A stretch of DNA of 61,280 nucleotides, the filler included, from Perkinsus olseni (lineage: Eukaryota), in the NCBI GenBank assembly GCA_013115125.1. It is 2 parts of 2 records of this genome, joined end to end, with 100 filler letters (N's around TTAATTAATTAA, not from the genome) between each part and the next. Parts side by side here need not be neighbours in the genome. Positions count along the whole stretch, not along the records: positions 1 to 30,636 come from JABANN010000419.1; 1 more part is not named here. One strand, given 5' to 3'. Below are positions 1 through 13,414 of this stretch, piece after piece (the first letter of the stretch is position 1; each line of letters begins with the position of its first letter). The notes beneath the pieces were generated by a model. The model made no database searches. It was given only the letters and a program-made list of their open reading frames with translations, and was not told the DNA's origin. The position numbers were made by a program, and so were the translations under genes.

Positions 1-1179
1 CCTCAAACACGTAGTATGTGCTGAATTAGACTGATTTTTGTGATTTGCATATCGAATTGGAACACCCTGTATTGGTATGACTCAACACCCAATGAGTTGC
101 TGAATATTCGTTGTATGCAGCATAGGGCCTGTCTGCCGTTATAATATGACGGTTATTTGGGACAGAAAAGGTCAATTTGGTCGTCTACTGCATAGGCTTC
201 CATCGGCCGAGAAAAGACCACCAGGAGAAGCGACATTTACACGGTTAACCACACCATAGACAAGCCACTGCAGATGATAACACGAATCACGTAACATGAT
301 TAACTTTTGATTGCCGAGACTGTCGTAATGACAGTGTCATCACTTTGCCACGATACAAACCAGTGGTATGCCACTAGGAATAATAACTGTCGATAAACTC
401 CCGCCAGCCTGGTCACCGAACCTACAAGGGAGTATCTCCGGACTTTTCTCCCGGTAGCTTCGCTTGATCATTATCGGCTGATAGACTTTTCCGACGCACT
501 TGAGGTCGTTGTGCTTCTAGACTGTCATGAAGAGAGGAATTATTCCCTTTGCACCGTCGATAACACTTTTAAACATTGTTGTGATTTAGGGACATTTAAC
601 TCTTGTGATGATCATTCTGTCCCTGTAGCTTAGCTTTGAGCTAGTACAGTTGCCTACTGTTGTTAAGTAACCCATAAGTCTATGTTTCTACAACACTAAT
701 ATGACCACGCAGAGTTCAGAAGATAATAAGGATGGTAACTCCAACACATGCCCAGCTCAGTTTACACCCTAGTGATTCAAATTCCCATCGAAAGTGAGAG
801 CACCAGTTGCTGAACAGCTACGGTGCCCACTTACTCGCTTCAAGTGAGTCGCCCGAGATAGTATGACGACTAGACGCCATTTCTTGTGCCTCTGCGACAG
901 GTCACCTGCTCTCGCGGGGTCCGCACCGTCCGAACGATTTGTCACCGAAGAGGGCCTCCGAAAACGAATCAGTTGCAGATTAGCTCAGCAGCAACTCAAT
1001 GCAGCTGGCCACCTCAGATCAGCTTAATTAAACTTAATAGACGCAGAAAGGGCACTAGCGCATCGCTAATAGCGATAGTCTATCGCCGCACGAGAGGACC
1101 AACCCGCGGATCAGACGGGTCGATATGGCCGGATATATGGAGTCTCCATAATGGAGAATGACCAAGGTGGATGATGACC

Positions 1180-1960
1180 GCGAGGATTGATAACAATACT
1201 CTATAGGCAATAAATAGGGGAGCCGTACCCTGCCGGTCAACAGAAGCGTGATCTGTCATCAACTGTGAATGCAGTTGTTTGTGCATTCGATCGGAAAACG
1301 TCCAAGAATCGTCATCTCCTGTCTTGATAATGAAATGACAGTAACCTTCATGATTCCTGGCATAGTTCATGCAGTTCATCGTGAATGGGACAGTGGCATT
1401 GGACCCCAACCCGAATACCAGTGTCGGCATGATGGTAATCCTCCCAGAGGAATCAATCAATCTGGCAAAGGAAAGTCTGCATGTCGCACCGATGTCACCG
1501 CTACAAAGATCGAATTTAATCAGACCGGTCGTGTTGGCAGCCTTCTAGCTTGACCTTTGATATCTCTCGTGAGCCTGTCGTAGTACACTTGCGAGACGTA
1601 CAACAAGTGGCCGGGTTGTGCCATCGAGAATCCAACCTTTCATCTGCTGTCTTAGCTTAGCGTAGCTTCTTATCGGAGCAAGATAGGACCAGCGATATAG
1701 ACATTACGGGATCAGGCTAAGGACGAAGGATCCGTTATCCACTTTCCCAGATGTGCTGCAACTGCTTCATTAGAGAGGGCAAGTTAGCATCGCCTGTATA
1801 CGGGCCAACTCCTTGTGTGCTGACAAGAGCTTGTGAAGCCGGAGGAGGAGGAGGAGACTGATCCTACAACATCCCGAACGTGAGGTCGATCGCTGGATTC
1901 CTGGCAACCGATGTCCTTCCGTTATGCTGGAAGATCTTAGCTGCGACGCCAATGGCGTCA
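1180..1960 (-). pseudogene. Degraded pepsin-like (A1) aspartic protease relic
   Basis: Minus-strand fragments in shifting frames, with stops: KIFQHNG...DLTFGML*DQ...PSLMKQL, ILDGTT/HLLYVSQVYYDRL (resembles the second DTG motif plus following helix), and MPTLVFGLG...VPFT...YAR...CHFII...DDSWTF (C-terminal lobe pattern). No intact catalytic DTG was seen. Confidence 0.45.
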
Positions 1961-3649
1961 CGCGTCCTCGTTTTTGACGATTTTCAGTGGTTTTCTGGGC
2001 GTACAAGGCTGCTCACATGCGTAACATCTACCGGCCACGCAGCTGCACGGTTTACCAGTCGGAATTTTCGAACCACTGCTTCTTGACGAAAAAGAAATAG
2101 TCCGAGTCAGTGTTGATAAGAACGTCCTTAACCTAAAGCGGTTCAGCTTCCATTGGATAGAATGATCCGAAGCCTACGGAGGCAACTCTGCGTAGGTCAA
2201 GTCGAGCCTCACGACCTGCCCCATAGCAACTAGGAGTAGAACTTTGGCGACGACATTGAACCCGGTAAAGATTCGGTTCATCGCAGCCATGAATGTTCGA
2301 GAGTACTGATACCGAAAATGGGTCCGTGCGAGGCCAAAAGTCTTTTGGTAGCAGATTCCGGACGACGCTGATATGTCGCGTCGCTCTCAGCCAGTACCGC
2401 GCAAGTCGCGCATACGCAAGCATACGCCCGCGCAGCCAACACGACGAGACCGGACGTAACCTGGGATAGATGACTCTACTCTGTTCGGCCTGTTCGAGTC
2501 AGCGACCAGCCTGTGCCTGCGTGTACAGCTAACACCCCATTCCCCCCGGACAACGTTTAGAAGAGAGGCTTTACACCCCTTCCTGCCGTGACTACGAGCG
2601 ACAACGGACAAGCTACAGTTCCTACCGTAGACGCGTGGGCGTCACACCGGGACGCGCGTCGAGCTTTGCGCTCGCGTGCAAGATACAACGAACTCATAAT
2701 ATTGAGTCACTTGGATTTTATAGGAGGTCACTTGTGGAATAAGCTCTTGATAGTGTGCTAGGCATGGTGCAATAGACCTGCACGCGAGTCCTGCCTCATC
2801 ATCTGTACATCATCAGAGTCCGCCTTTCGCCGTCCGAAAATGTCTAATTGCAAGTAATGCACGAAAGTAGCATTTTGATTCCGAAGGGCGCGGACCGCGT
2901 CACGCGGTGGTTTCCGATGTAAAAAATATTCGACTGGGAGCTCTCTCTCTCTTAAGCGTGTCAACAGAATGTTTGCACAGCTTATCAGGGCTGCCAGCGC
3001 AGCCGGGGATTTCGCTCTCATCTGGAGTGAGGACCGGTCGATGTGCTCTATCCCTTGCCCGTGCATAGCTGGGCTATGCTAGGTGATGCACTATAACGTG
3101 TATGAGCCTATCCGACATGCTCGCTGGTTTTCTGGAGTGCTCTTGCGGCCAAGTCTTTGCTCGCAGTAATAACGATGCGCATTGTGCTAAAGGGCGTCCG
3201 TCCAGTCGAGTTCTTCCTTCCACCCTAATTAGCATGCCATTGGCGAGCGGGCCCTTGCCGCCCCGGCAGCGTGAGATACGGAAACCGCCGAAAATGTATC
3301 AGGAACCAGGTGCGTTAACAACCCATGCCAGAGGATGCAATCCTCGTCCGCATACAGTCGAGAGAGCCGCCCTGTCGCAACCTGTGAACGTCTTCTCAGA
3401 AACCCACGTGTCTCCCATCCCGACTTCGGCTGCGGATATTCACTATTGGCATCGGTTGAACTTCGTAAGTCCCCGAACAGCTCGCGCTATCGCAGATCAT
3501 AGCCTAGAAGTGGCGATCATTGTCGCGTCCAACCGCTTAGGTCCCGAAGTCGCCACATCAACGGGTTGGACGGTCACCAGTACGGACGAGGTGAGTGCTT
3601 AGAAGGTTTTTGTAATCACCTCGTGACTCATGAGCCCTGCGGCCCCAGC

Positions 3650-6600
3650 GGCTTGAGATGCCCACAGCTTCAGCGGGACTTAGTCCATACTCGAGTCACA
3701 CTCTTGGCTCCCGCTTTTGCAGGCCGGTTCCTACGTTGGCCAAGTCTCCTCAGCCGAGGCCCCTAGCGCACGATGCACGGGAAATCGTGCCTGACCCGTT
3801 ACGTAAGCCTTCGACTTCTCTCGTTCGCCCCCTTGGGGTGAGCGCCTCGAGCTGGGACTACCGTGATATTTCAGCTCCGAGGTCCCCACCCACTCCACCT
3901 CGCATGTTCGGTCCCAGTGACTTCATTCGGAATCATCTCTGCCCGGATAGACGAGACCCTCTTCCAATTTCCGGAGGTGACCAACAGGCCGTCGGCTCTG
4001 CGAACGGCGGGAATCTCCCGCTTGACGTTGCGGGTCCCGATGTGGCCGCTGGACAGCTCGGCTCAGGTGGATCGCGCTCCCGGTCGCGAACGCCCGAGGT
4101 TCGGAGGTACATGGCCCGCCGCGAGAGGTATATTCCGAGACAAGGTGAGGCCTCGGCGGGCTCAGATCGAAGGGTCGTCATTTTTGCGCGTGTCAGCGTC
4201 GCCCTCTCCTGCCCGAGCTGAGCGCGATACAGGCCTTTACACGAAGTGGATCGCCAGAGAGATGCTCACAGTTCAAGCACTGGAGCGGGAAGTGTACGGC
4301 CTTCTACTCAGCGTAGCCTCGGGATGCTTCGCTCTGTCTTAGAGCCGCTATGGAGGAGGCTCTTGCGAAGGACTTTGCCGTGGCCGAACGAAACGAGGCT
4401 CAACTTAGAGATCTGGAGGGAGCTCCCGTCATGCCCGATCCTAGACTTCATGATGCTGAGAGGCTGTCGGAGGTCATCGTTGCCATCTGTGCTTACAAGT
4501 GACTCTGCACCGATCGCTCTGATACCATCTTTCGCCCTACTCTCCCGTAGATACTTCTCCCCGTCCTTCGACGCTGTGGCCTTCAACACAGTTGTGGCCA
4601 GCTTATTGCGAGAGTGTCGTGGTATAGACCCTCGAGTGGAGGCCATGTACCTCATCCACCTTGCGTTCAGTTCAACTCGCAAGTTGATTTACTGTATAGG
4701 TATCAGGCGGCGACTCGGAGAGGTGCCGGCCAGGCTCACGGATCTGAGGTGAGTGCTTGATGTGTCCCTTCATACAGGTAAGGGTACCGGCATTAGGTTA
4801 CACGGACACCTAGAGATTCCCCGGTTCAAACCGCGGAGGCGCCAGTTCTCAGAGCAGCATTGAAGGTGATCGATGAGGAGGCTGCCCGGAGTAGGGCCAC
4901 TGAGGTCCATCTCGTGGTCGTCAGGGAGCTTGTCAGGTTCCAACATTCGAGCAGCGTTAGAGAACGGCTTTGCTGTTGTCATGAAGAGGAAGGTGATCGT
5001 GCTCTCACGACGACTGCTGCTTCTAGGTGGCGCCACGCTCAGGTTCATGTGCGAGTGGTTGAGGAGCTCGACCCAGCTGGGGGACCTCCTAAACGGCATG
5101 TTCATTTCTCGGTGAGTGCCTGAGGGATCCTTGCTGCCTTACGCTGATCTTCCTCGCCAAGGCCCCTGACCTAGACGAGAAGGCTGCTATGGAGGCCATC
5201 TCCAGTGCGATGGAGCAAGGTCAGGCCCACCCTGAGCATGAAGTGCGCCATCTCCTTAAGATGTACTACCGCCGTAGCAGTGGGGTCTTGGGATGGTTTC
5301 TGGAAAGTTGACAGCTCGGGGTCTCGATCCTGCGTCCGCGACAGCATTTTCGTCTCGTAGGTGCACATTAACGCATCTGAACGACAGTCCGATAGCGGTA
5401 GCCTCTGATACCGCTCCGTCGGCAGCCAATCCACACCCACCTACTGAGAGGCTTGGCCCACATCCCCCTGCTGAGAGGCTTGGGCCACACCCACCTGCTG
5501 AGAGGCTTGGCCCACACCCACCTGTCGAGAGGCTTGGGCCACACCCACCTGAGAGGCTTGGGCCACACCCACCTGAGAGGCTTGGGCCACACCCACCTGC
5601 TGAGAGGCTTGGCCCACATCCACCTGAGAGGCTTGACCCAGTCGCACCTGCTGAGAGGCTTGGACCAACTGCACAGCATCACGAGGCGGTGGGGTCACCA
5701 AGCCCAGCTGGCAACTCGGCACTACCTGCGGGGAGCCCCTCGACGGGCCCTCCTCTGATGCATGGCCAGCATGTGGAGGAGGCTGCGCATCACCATCCAC
5801 CGCATAGTCCATCACCTACTCCGGTCCTCGGAGGCACAGGCGCATTCAGACGGGCGTCCGCGAGGACTGTGACCCGTGGTGGAGGACCGGCTCCGACCCG
5901 AGGAGAGGCGATCCCTCGACAAGCCGGCCCAGTGGGCTTCGGAAGAGCCGGGAACCCGCCGCCGTCGGCTCCACACGCGAACCCAGTTGGATCCGAAGAG
6001 GGAGCAGCCCCTCCCGCCCAAGCGATGTTCGGTCGCAGGCCCAGTGCCGCATCTATGGGACCTCCGGAGCAGGTGGTCCATGTCGAGCACCATAGAGGGG
6101 AGGAAGGGGGGGTTGTCACTACTACTGACATACACCCTCACCTCCGTAACCATACGCATCTGTATCGTAAATTAGAGGTTTTCGGCAACCCCACCCAACC
6201 TGAGGATGGCGACTCTGATAAGGCACTGGTATGGCCTCAGGTGTACCGGTATCCTGAAGCTCAGCCTCCTCCAGTAATGATCGTAGCTTGTTCGCAGGCA
6301 CACCTGTTCCGAGTCAGGTTATCGAATCCCCCAGAGGCCGTGGGCATCCGCCACCTACCCCTCCGACGCAGGCCCAGTCGGCCGATCACAGCGGCTCCGA
6401 AAGGAGCTATGCACCCAGGGTCCGCCTCTCTGCTGTACGCGTTCTCTCTGTGATTCTGTCCGTCCTCAGGCCTCGGTGGTGCGCCCCCGGCCTCCCTTGC
6501 CCGAGGCTAGACGAGCAAGTCGGCAGTCTCGGGCTTCGAGCTCCCTTCAATCAGAGATGGTGGCTCCTGAAAGCACCGGGTCCTCTGCCGTTCAGGTAGG

Positions 6601-9600
6601 TCACAGTATGGAACCAGCTCACTACTCTTCGTTGCGTGGCCTCAGGCGCAGGCGGCTTCTCCGTCACTTGGCGAGGAGCATGTTGGCAGTGTAGAAGAAG
6701 GACCGCCGGAGACTGGGAAGGGTGGGGGAGGCGCTGCATCTGTGGGAAGGCGGACCTCCGAGCCCGAGGCGTCTCTCGTGACGGAAGCAAGGAAGTCCCC
6801 GGACCGTCGCCGTCATCCCAAGCACGGTCCTGTGGAGGGTGAGTGTCCTGTTCGCTGCGAAGGAGGGGCTAATGCATTCGTCTAGGTCCACAAGGCCAGC
6901 GTGTGATCCGTATGATGAGGCATGACGTCGAGGAGGTCACTGGGGTGAGTAGTTCTTCCGAGGACTGAGCACCGCACGTTCGGTCCGGGATGTTGGGACG
7001 GTCTGAGTTGATGGTTGGAGGAACGTTCAGCCACGGAAGTTCTCCTTTGTCGCAGATTGGCGACATCTGGTCGAGCGACTCCTCCCTGAGCGACGATGCC
7101 GAGGCTGAGTTAGCCAAGAAGGGGTTTCGGGCGCAAGCTGAAGCCAAAAAGGTAGGTCAGGGTCTTCTTATTGGTACCGAGGTAGATCACGGTCTTCTTC
7201 TTCTCAGGCTCTCGGGATTGGTCAAAGCATCTCCTCTGTGGGACAGAGTCGTCGATGGAGCGGTCGCCGAGCCTCAGCGAGTGTTGTCGTCCGGCGAAGC
7301 TCAGTGGCGTCGGATTCTTCATCCGCCATATGGGGAAGACAGTCCGTATCCTAGGTTGGCCAGTAGCCGACATGGTGTTCACTCTCATGCCTTTGGCACA
7401 CGTCGTAGAAGTCTTGTTGACTGGTCTGCTCCAGTGTTGCGCAAGTGAATGGGACGAAGACGGCTCGACGAGACACGCGCGGAAACACTTGGAAGGTTCG
7501 AGTCAGGAGTCGCTCAGCTCTGAACCATGTGGCTTCTTCCCTCTGTGATTCTGCTCTTGTTCGGCGGCCTCGCGATCGGACAGAGCGATCAGAGATTGAA
7601 GACAGTCGGTGGCCTCAACTGCGAAGGAGAAGGAGAGTACCTAACTCTGTGGCCAATATTTCGACGGCTCCTTAAAACCCATGGTAGCGACCTTGTGACC
7701 TTGTTGACAACGAGTGGGCTCTCACAGGGCCGAGTGATCGCACGACCATCGCCGTCGCCGCGCAAGTGTGGGAGTCCATCTGTACGGCCGTGGTCGATGA
7801 GGACGTCTGCGAACGGTTGGGGCTCGATGATGACCGGGGTGTCCCAGAGCAGATACGGAACATGTGGGCCACAGACTAGGCCCTGAGGGCTCGGCTATCA
7901 TTGCCCAGATTCCTGAACCAGCTGAGGATACTGAAGCCCTTCGCGACCACCGGCGAGTTCCCGACAGAGCCACTGACAGATTTCACCTGCATGTAGGAGA
8001 GCAGAGCTGGGCTGCGCGGATGTAGGTGATGTGAAGGTACGGGACCTTAGTGGTGCTGTGGGAGATAATGGTAGGGGCGGAGAAGGGCTACTTGCCTATG
8101 GACTATGGTCAGAGAATCGCTAAGTAGCGCCGCTGGCCACGTATAACGCTTCCAGGGTTCAACTGTAGCGCGCCTCTACAGAAGCTATACTCGCCTAGCT
8201 ACGTGTATGACCATGTGCCCCACGCAGTGGCCGTCACTTCCTTGGCGAGATGCGCTTCCAAGCATCTTCTTCTGGGGTCGTTGCAGGTTCACCCTCGCAG
8301 TGATCGTCGAGGTTGTATTTGACGGTGGGGACTGGTCGCTAGATTTTATCGACTCGGCGACTGATTGGAACATCTCCACTGGGATGATTGTGGACCAAGC
8401 ATCGAGGCTCATCCATGGGTGGGGGCACCAACACGTCGAAGGTGCCCCTACAAACAGCCTGCAGGCGTTTAGACGGCCCCCCAGCGACCAGTATCGAGGA
8501 ATGGCTTTTGCAGACGACGCCCCCGGACTACAGCCCTAGGAGGCGACCTTGGCAGGCGGACTATCCCGTTAATATGTGCTCAAAAGAGACCGGCGAGCCC
8601 GAGTCTCGATGTAGGAGGTTTCGTGTGTTCCTCAACAGCACGTTTCCTTGTTTCGGATCCGTGGGCTTCACCGGGTGCAGGGCTACTGTGACTTGATAAT
8701 CTGCTCATCTGTTCCCGATCGTTGCAGCAAACCCGGAGGCGGCCGGACCTCCGCCCCGTCTAGCCATCTTGGAGCGGCACGATGGTACCGCGCTCGACAT
8801 CGGAGCCTCGGCTGAGGCTGCTGTAGCTTCGGAATGGTCAATAAGATCTCATGAAGTTGTAACAAAGTAGCAGCCATTCTTCCCTCTGCGAAATTCCCAT
8901 GCTGGTACTCGCCTTTCTAGATACTACTGGGTAAAGACAGTCAATTACAATGGGACTTCCGACTACCAGGAAATTTCCGAAAACCTGGTCGCTGACCATC
9001 AGTGGATCGACGACTGGTTTCCCTCGATCAAGGCCGGCAAAGCCACATACAGGCAGTTTATCGAGGAGGCTGTCAGACCTTTCTACGAGGGCGATGAGTA
9101 CCTCCGTGTGAGCTCCCCCTCCGCACTGCAGCAACGGTGAAGTAGAGCCTCAGGACCCGAACACACTGATAGTGTGTGGCGAGGAGTTCTTCGTGTGCCT
9201 CGGTCTGTGGCATGTATCAAAGAAGCCCATGATACTCTTCACTAACATGTCCATTCTGCTACTCTTCTTTTTCAAGCAGCAAGGTAGCCAAGGTAGCGTG
9301 AGCGTTCTCGGGGCGGGCGATGAGCAAAAGCCGCCAACACGCCCGCAAGTTGCGTACAGCGAGTGCATTCTAGAGTTGTACTCCTCGTAGTCGAGCAGCC
9401 ATCCCGGTCGTATGCACAATTCGAGCCTCGAATTTCGAGGCGCAGCGCACTCAGTCGTCTCAGATGACTTCGACTTATTCTGGAAGCTCTTTTACGAAGC
9501 CCTGAGCAGTCCATCGGTACGCATGGCTGTCATGTGCCGTATAACACAGGAGCAGATTTTGCATCAGACTGGAGTAGGCTCATTCTGGGACGAGTCGTTG

Positions 9601-11400
9601 CGGCATCGATCGCAGGAAGAGATTCCCTTCCGTTGCGCATGTCCTCAGGTCCGCGTCCCTTACGTCCCCTTCACAGCCCTTCATATCAACAATACTCATA
9701 CTATGGGTCGGAAGGATGCCGCGATATTCTTCCGAAACAACTTGTTCCACCTCCGCAACTATCATCAAGTCACTCACGCCTTGTTACGCCGCAACTACGA
9801 GCTCGGCTATCCGGTACCGTTCTGGACGTCGCCTCGAGTCCTCAGTTATAGTCGGAAAGAAGCCAGCTCGTTCGAACAGTATGTAGAATCTAATTCCCGA
9901 GAAGTGGCAAAGTAGAATCAGCGGAGGAAAGAGATTAGCTAGGAGGCGCATATAACATCCCCCTGCAGCACTTTCGTCGCTGCGAGATGGCCTACGGGTT
10001 CGGGTAGGCCGTAGTATACTCGCTGGCTGTCGGGCGGTGAAGGTACGAGTCTTCGACATGAACGATTACGACACTCCTCTAGAGATGGCGGATCTTTGTG
10101 ACTTCCGTGCTGTCATAATGCTGGCTTATATCCCCAATGCATTACGGCTAACAGACATGTGGGCCTTAGTCGCAGGATGGGCCCAGTAAAGCGGGCTGCT
10201 AGGTATGCAGCGCACGTCCCTATCTTCACTCCCGATGTGGTGACCTCCGGGCTGCGTCATGTGTGGATCAACAAGCCTTATACAGGTAGCCAGCAACACC
10301 CGCGTCGTCCAAGCCGTAGAGTATCCTCGCAGCCCGGCTCCTTGGTCGGTTGAATCAGGCTGGTATGCTGATGCGGAGTGGACGGCGCGCGCCCCGGACA
10401 GTGTGAGGGGAGCTGCCGGGCTGGGAGTTATGGACACCAGTATTGATGGATGCAACCCTCCGGACGTGAGCCGACTCATCAAGATCGTGATTGGCTCTTG
10501 ATTATGCGAGAAAGAGTGTCCGCGTGCGCCGACTATCCCCGCCATGAGAACGGAAATGCATCGCAGGGTTCCCAGAGACCTACATGATACTCAAGTCTAG
10601 AGCCTCTTCAACCGCAGTCTGCAGGGCCTGCTGCCTTAAAACTTTGTTGTTGTGATCGAGCCTGGTCAGATGGATATCTTCTCTCATACCGGCCCGGCAC
10701 CCGTGGTGCCTTTCGCGGGCTTGAATAACACGAGAGGACGACGGTGAGCTCACCCGCACACCTGCCGTAGAAAGCTGCGTTTTCCCAGATATTGGTGGCA
10801 AGCTACCGAGTGGTACTCAACGCCTGGCATCCAATGGTTTCGAGACATGGCCGATCTTATGGACAAGTTGGAGCACTTGGACGTGGAAAAAGTGGGAGGG
10901 GCCGTTGCTCACCATCAACCGCTGGAAGCTTCTCGTGCCTCGAAGGTGCGTAATGTCATGCGTGGTCATATTGAGGAGACCAGGAACCTCACGCTCGGTT
11001 GGTGGAGAGCCGCATGCCGAGACGTTGCGCATGCTATGATGAAGCCTGCGACGGCATAGCAATTCCTGTTTCCTCATGGACCGGAATTGCGCTCAGCAAA
11101 AGAAGTTGGTTGCTGAGTCGTGACGATCATCAAGTGGTATCAGCCTTCAACGTCGTCTTGAGTGTCACCATACCCGAACAGACCAAGCAGGCATCCCATC
11201 GTGAAATCTTGATGGAGTCCATATACTACAGCAGGCCCGTATCAAACGGCCCATCCGATCCACTCTGCGAGCGCATACCGTACAGGAGCCGTACAGTAGA
11301 CTGTCCGGCGAATTCAAAGTTTCAACGTTCGCAGCCTGGAGAGCTCATCGGCCCCACGACGAATTATCAGTGGTGATTGCCACCCGCGACTCCCGTAACC
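3650..11400 (+). mobile_element. Heavily degraded region, possibly LTR-retroelement-derived
   Basis: Long coding-like but frameshifted, stop-riddled plus-strand region with few clear introns. It contains a Pro-rich repeat ORF (5293-6453), then weak similarities to a protease (FIDSAT, ~8345), an integrase His-His zinc-binding segment (VPYVP...LHINNTHTMGR, ~9650-9720), RT (KVRVFD...DLCDFRAV, ~10040-10115) and RNase H (WYADA, ~10360). No LTRs or YxDD motif were confirmed. Confidence 0.3.
5431..5670 (+). repeat. Coding minisatellite, 24-27 bp unit (CCACCTGCTGAGAGGCTTGGGCCACAC), about 9 copies, encoding (PP[A]ERLGPH)n
   Basis: Directly visible tandem copies within ORF 5293-6453. Confidence 0.95.
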
Positions 11401-11965
11401 CGCAGGACCTTGAAGGTACTGGCTGCGACCACGAAGGATGTCTACGGTGAGGATCACGCGGACGCTTCCTACCCTCGCCTCACCAGCCTTGAGTCTGAAT
11501 GCTAGTGGGTGGAAACTTGGGATTCGGGATGTCTGCAGAGGCCCACGTGGCGCCCCCAGTTATCGCGGTGCATTGGGTTTTGTTACTGCCGCCATCTGAT
11601 ATCATCGGGTTAGCCGAGTTTCCCTACCCCCACGTCACCGAAGCCTTGGATCTTCACAGCAGACCTACCGTGTTCGTTGAGGGAAACTCTGACTGAGAAC
11701 GCATCAGAATCCCAACTTGTAACGTGAGTGAATGAGAACGCAACCACGAGGCAGATCTCCGTAAAATCTATTGTCATTGCAGATGCCGGAGCGAAATCTC
11801 CTTTTGGCGGGCAACGAAGGGAGGACAGCTGAATGAGGGCTACAACATGAGGATAAAGGAAAAAAGTACAGAACCGAGAATACGGCATCTACGAGTGCCT
11901 GTCGAGAAGTGTCTCACCACTTCGTGGTTAATCCGGAACCGCTGAGGCGAAGCCTGAGAATGCCT

Positions 11966-12732
11966 CTACTCGCTCTTGTCGAGAGCAAAGGTCTTGGAGT
12001 TCAAGCTCTCATCACCTAGTCGTAGGTATACTCTGCTCTCTGTAGCTGCGAATACGAAGAAGAGTGATTGCTGGGTCGGTAGGTCAGGCCTTTCACAAGT
12101 CTTCTTCACATTCTCGAAGAACTCTATGGATCTGTCTTGGTCGCCGATGAGGCGGAAGTTGGGGAGCTTGGCTTCGGCCTCCGCAGGAAATAATGGAAAT
12201 CTGCGTTGGAGTCGGCTACTGCCCCCGTCACTCATACAGTCGATCCTTACTCTACCAGTCCTCGTGACCTTAAAGGACAACACGAACGTGTCATCGTCGT
12301 TGGAGATGTATGTAGCCTCGGCAAGAGGGAGGGCTTCCCTCCTGAAGAGGATCTCTCTGCTTTCGAGTTTTGTGAAGAAGAAGATCTCGCTATACTCAGT
12401 TAGCTCAGCAAAGTCACCGGCTTGCACCTGGACTCCCGGAAACGATCTGCGGAGGCGATTCCTGAAAGAGTTGAACCCTCCAGGACTGCCTCTGAAATCG
12501 ACGGTGTAATTGTTAGGACCCCCTCTGAGGGCATATCGATCACTGACGAATCGTCGCCCGGTAGCTCCCTCGAAAGTGAATCTAACACCACCGGTCTCGT
12601 CCAGTTCAGCAGATATATTCAGGGATGACGTCTTGTTTGAGTATTCACCAATGAACCGGCCCCTGGTGCTCACCATAACCAAAGCGGCGAGAAGCCAAGT
12701 TGTGACTCACAACTTGTGAGAGTTTTCATCAT
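11966..12732 (-). CDS. Intronless hypothetical secreted-type protein, leader frameshifted by a 14-nt palindromic insertion (possible pseudogene)
   Basis: A 238-codon open frame (11966-12682). The upstream ATGATG at 12732 joins it in frame as MMKTLTTWLLAALVMVSTRG only if 14 nt (GTTGTGAGTCACAA) are removed. Confidence 0.6.
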
Positions 12733-12793
12733 TAAGATAATAGAATAGCTGTTCGAGAAGTTACTTTTGCAAATAAGGGATCACTTAAGATCC

Positions 12794-13414
12794 ATATGCG
12801 TGCCTTGGCGGAACAGACCCATGACAAATGAGCTATGTATATGCGTGCCGTGAGAGATCACACTTGCGACGGACGGGCTATGTATAGACGTGCCTTGACG
12901 AAGCACACTTAGAAGTATCGGGGAGGCCTTGGTAACACCGAAGGGAAGGGGGTCACAGTAGTTCCAGATTCTGGAACTAGTGTGACATCAACTTCTGGAA
13001 TCCAGAATACTCGTGACTTGAAGTCGGATATGAAAGGTGAACTTTCAAAGGTCGGGTTGCAGAGATCAATACCACGAAGGAGGAGCCCCACAGCAGCAGC
13101 AAAATGAGAAAAAATGAGCAATGAAAAAACGCATTGTCGAAATACACTCGTGTGGGACGAGTTATGCGTGTTCGCGACTCATTTACTATGACTATGCTAC
13201 TGAGTTGTTGAGGTTGTTGCCAGTCTACTGTGGTGTATCTTGGCTCAAGATCGAGTCTTCCCAGTGCTAACTCAAGGGCGTCATTGAGTACGGAGTTAGC
13301 CATTAGGAAATGAGAGTGATACTAGCTACGAATGGGATATCATCAAATAACTCATACTCATAGTCCGATGATCCGGGAGTGATTCGCAGCTGCGGCACGC
13401 ATATCCATAGCTCA
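12794..13414. repeat. Three degenerate 45-bp-period repeats plus an inverted 22-bp copy (possible non-autonomous DNA element)
   Basis: The core ATATGCGTGCC (ATAGACGTGCC in copy 3) occurs at 12794, 12839 and 12884. TGAGCTATGTATATGCGTGCCG (12829-12850) matches the reverse complement of 13393-13414 at 21/22. Confidence 0.6.
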
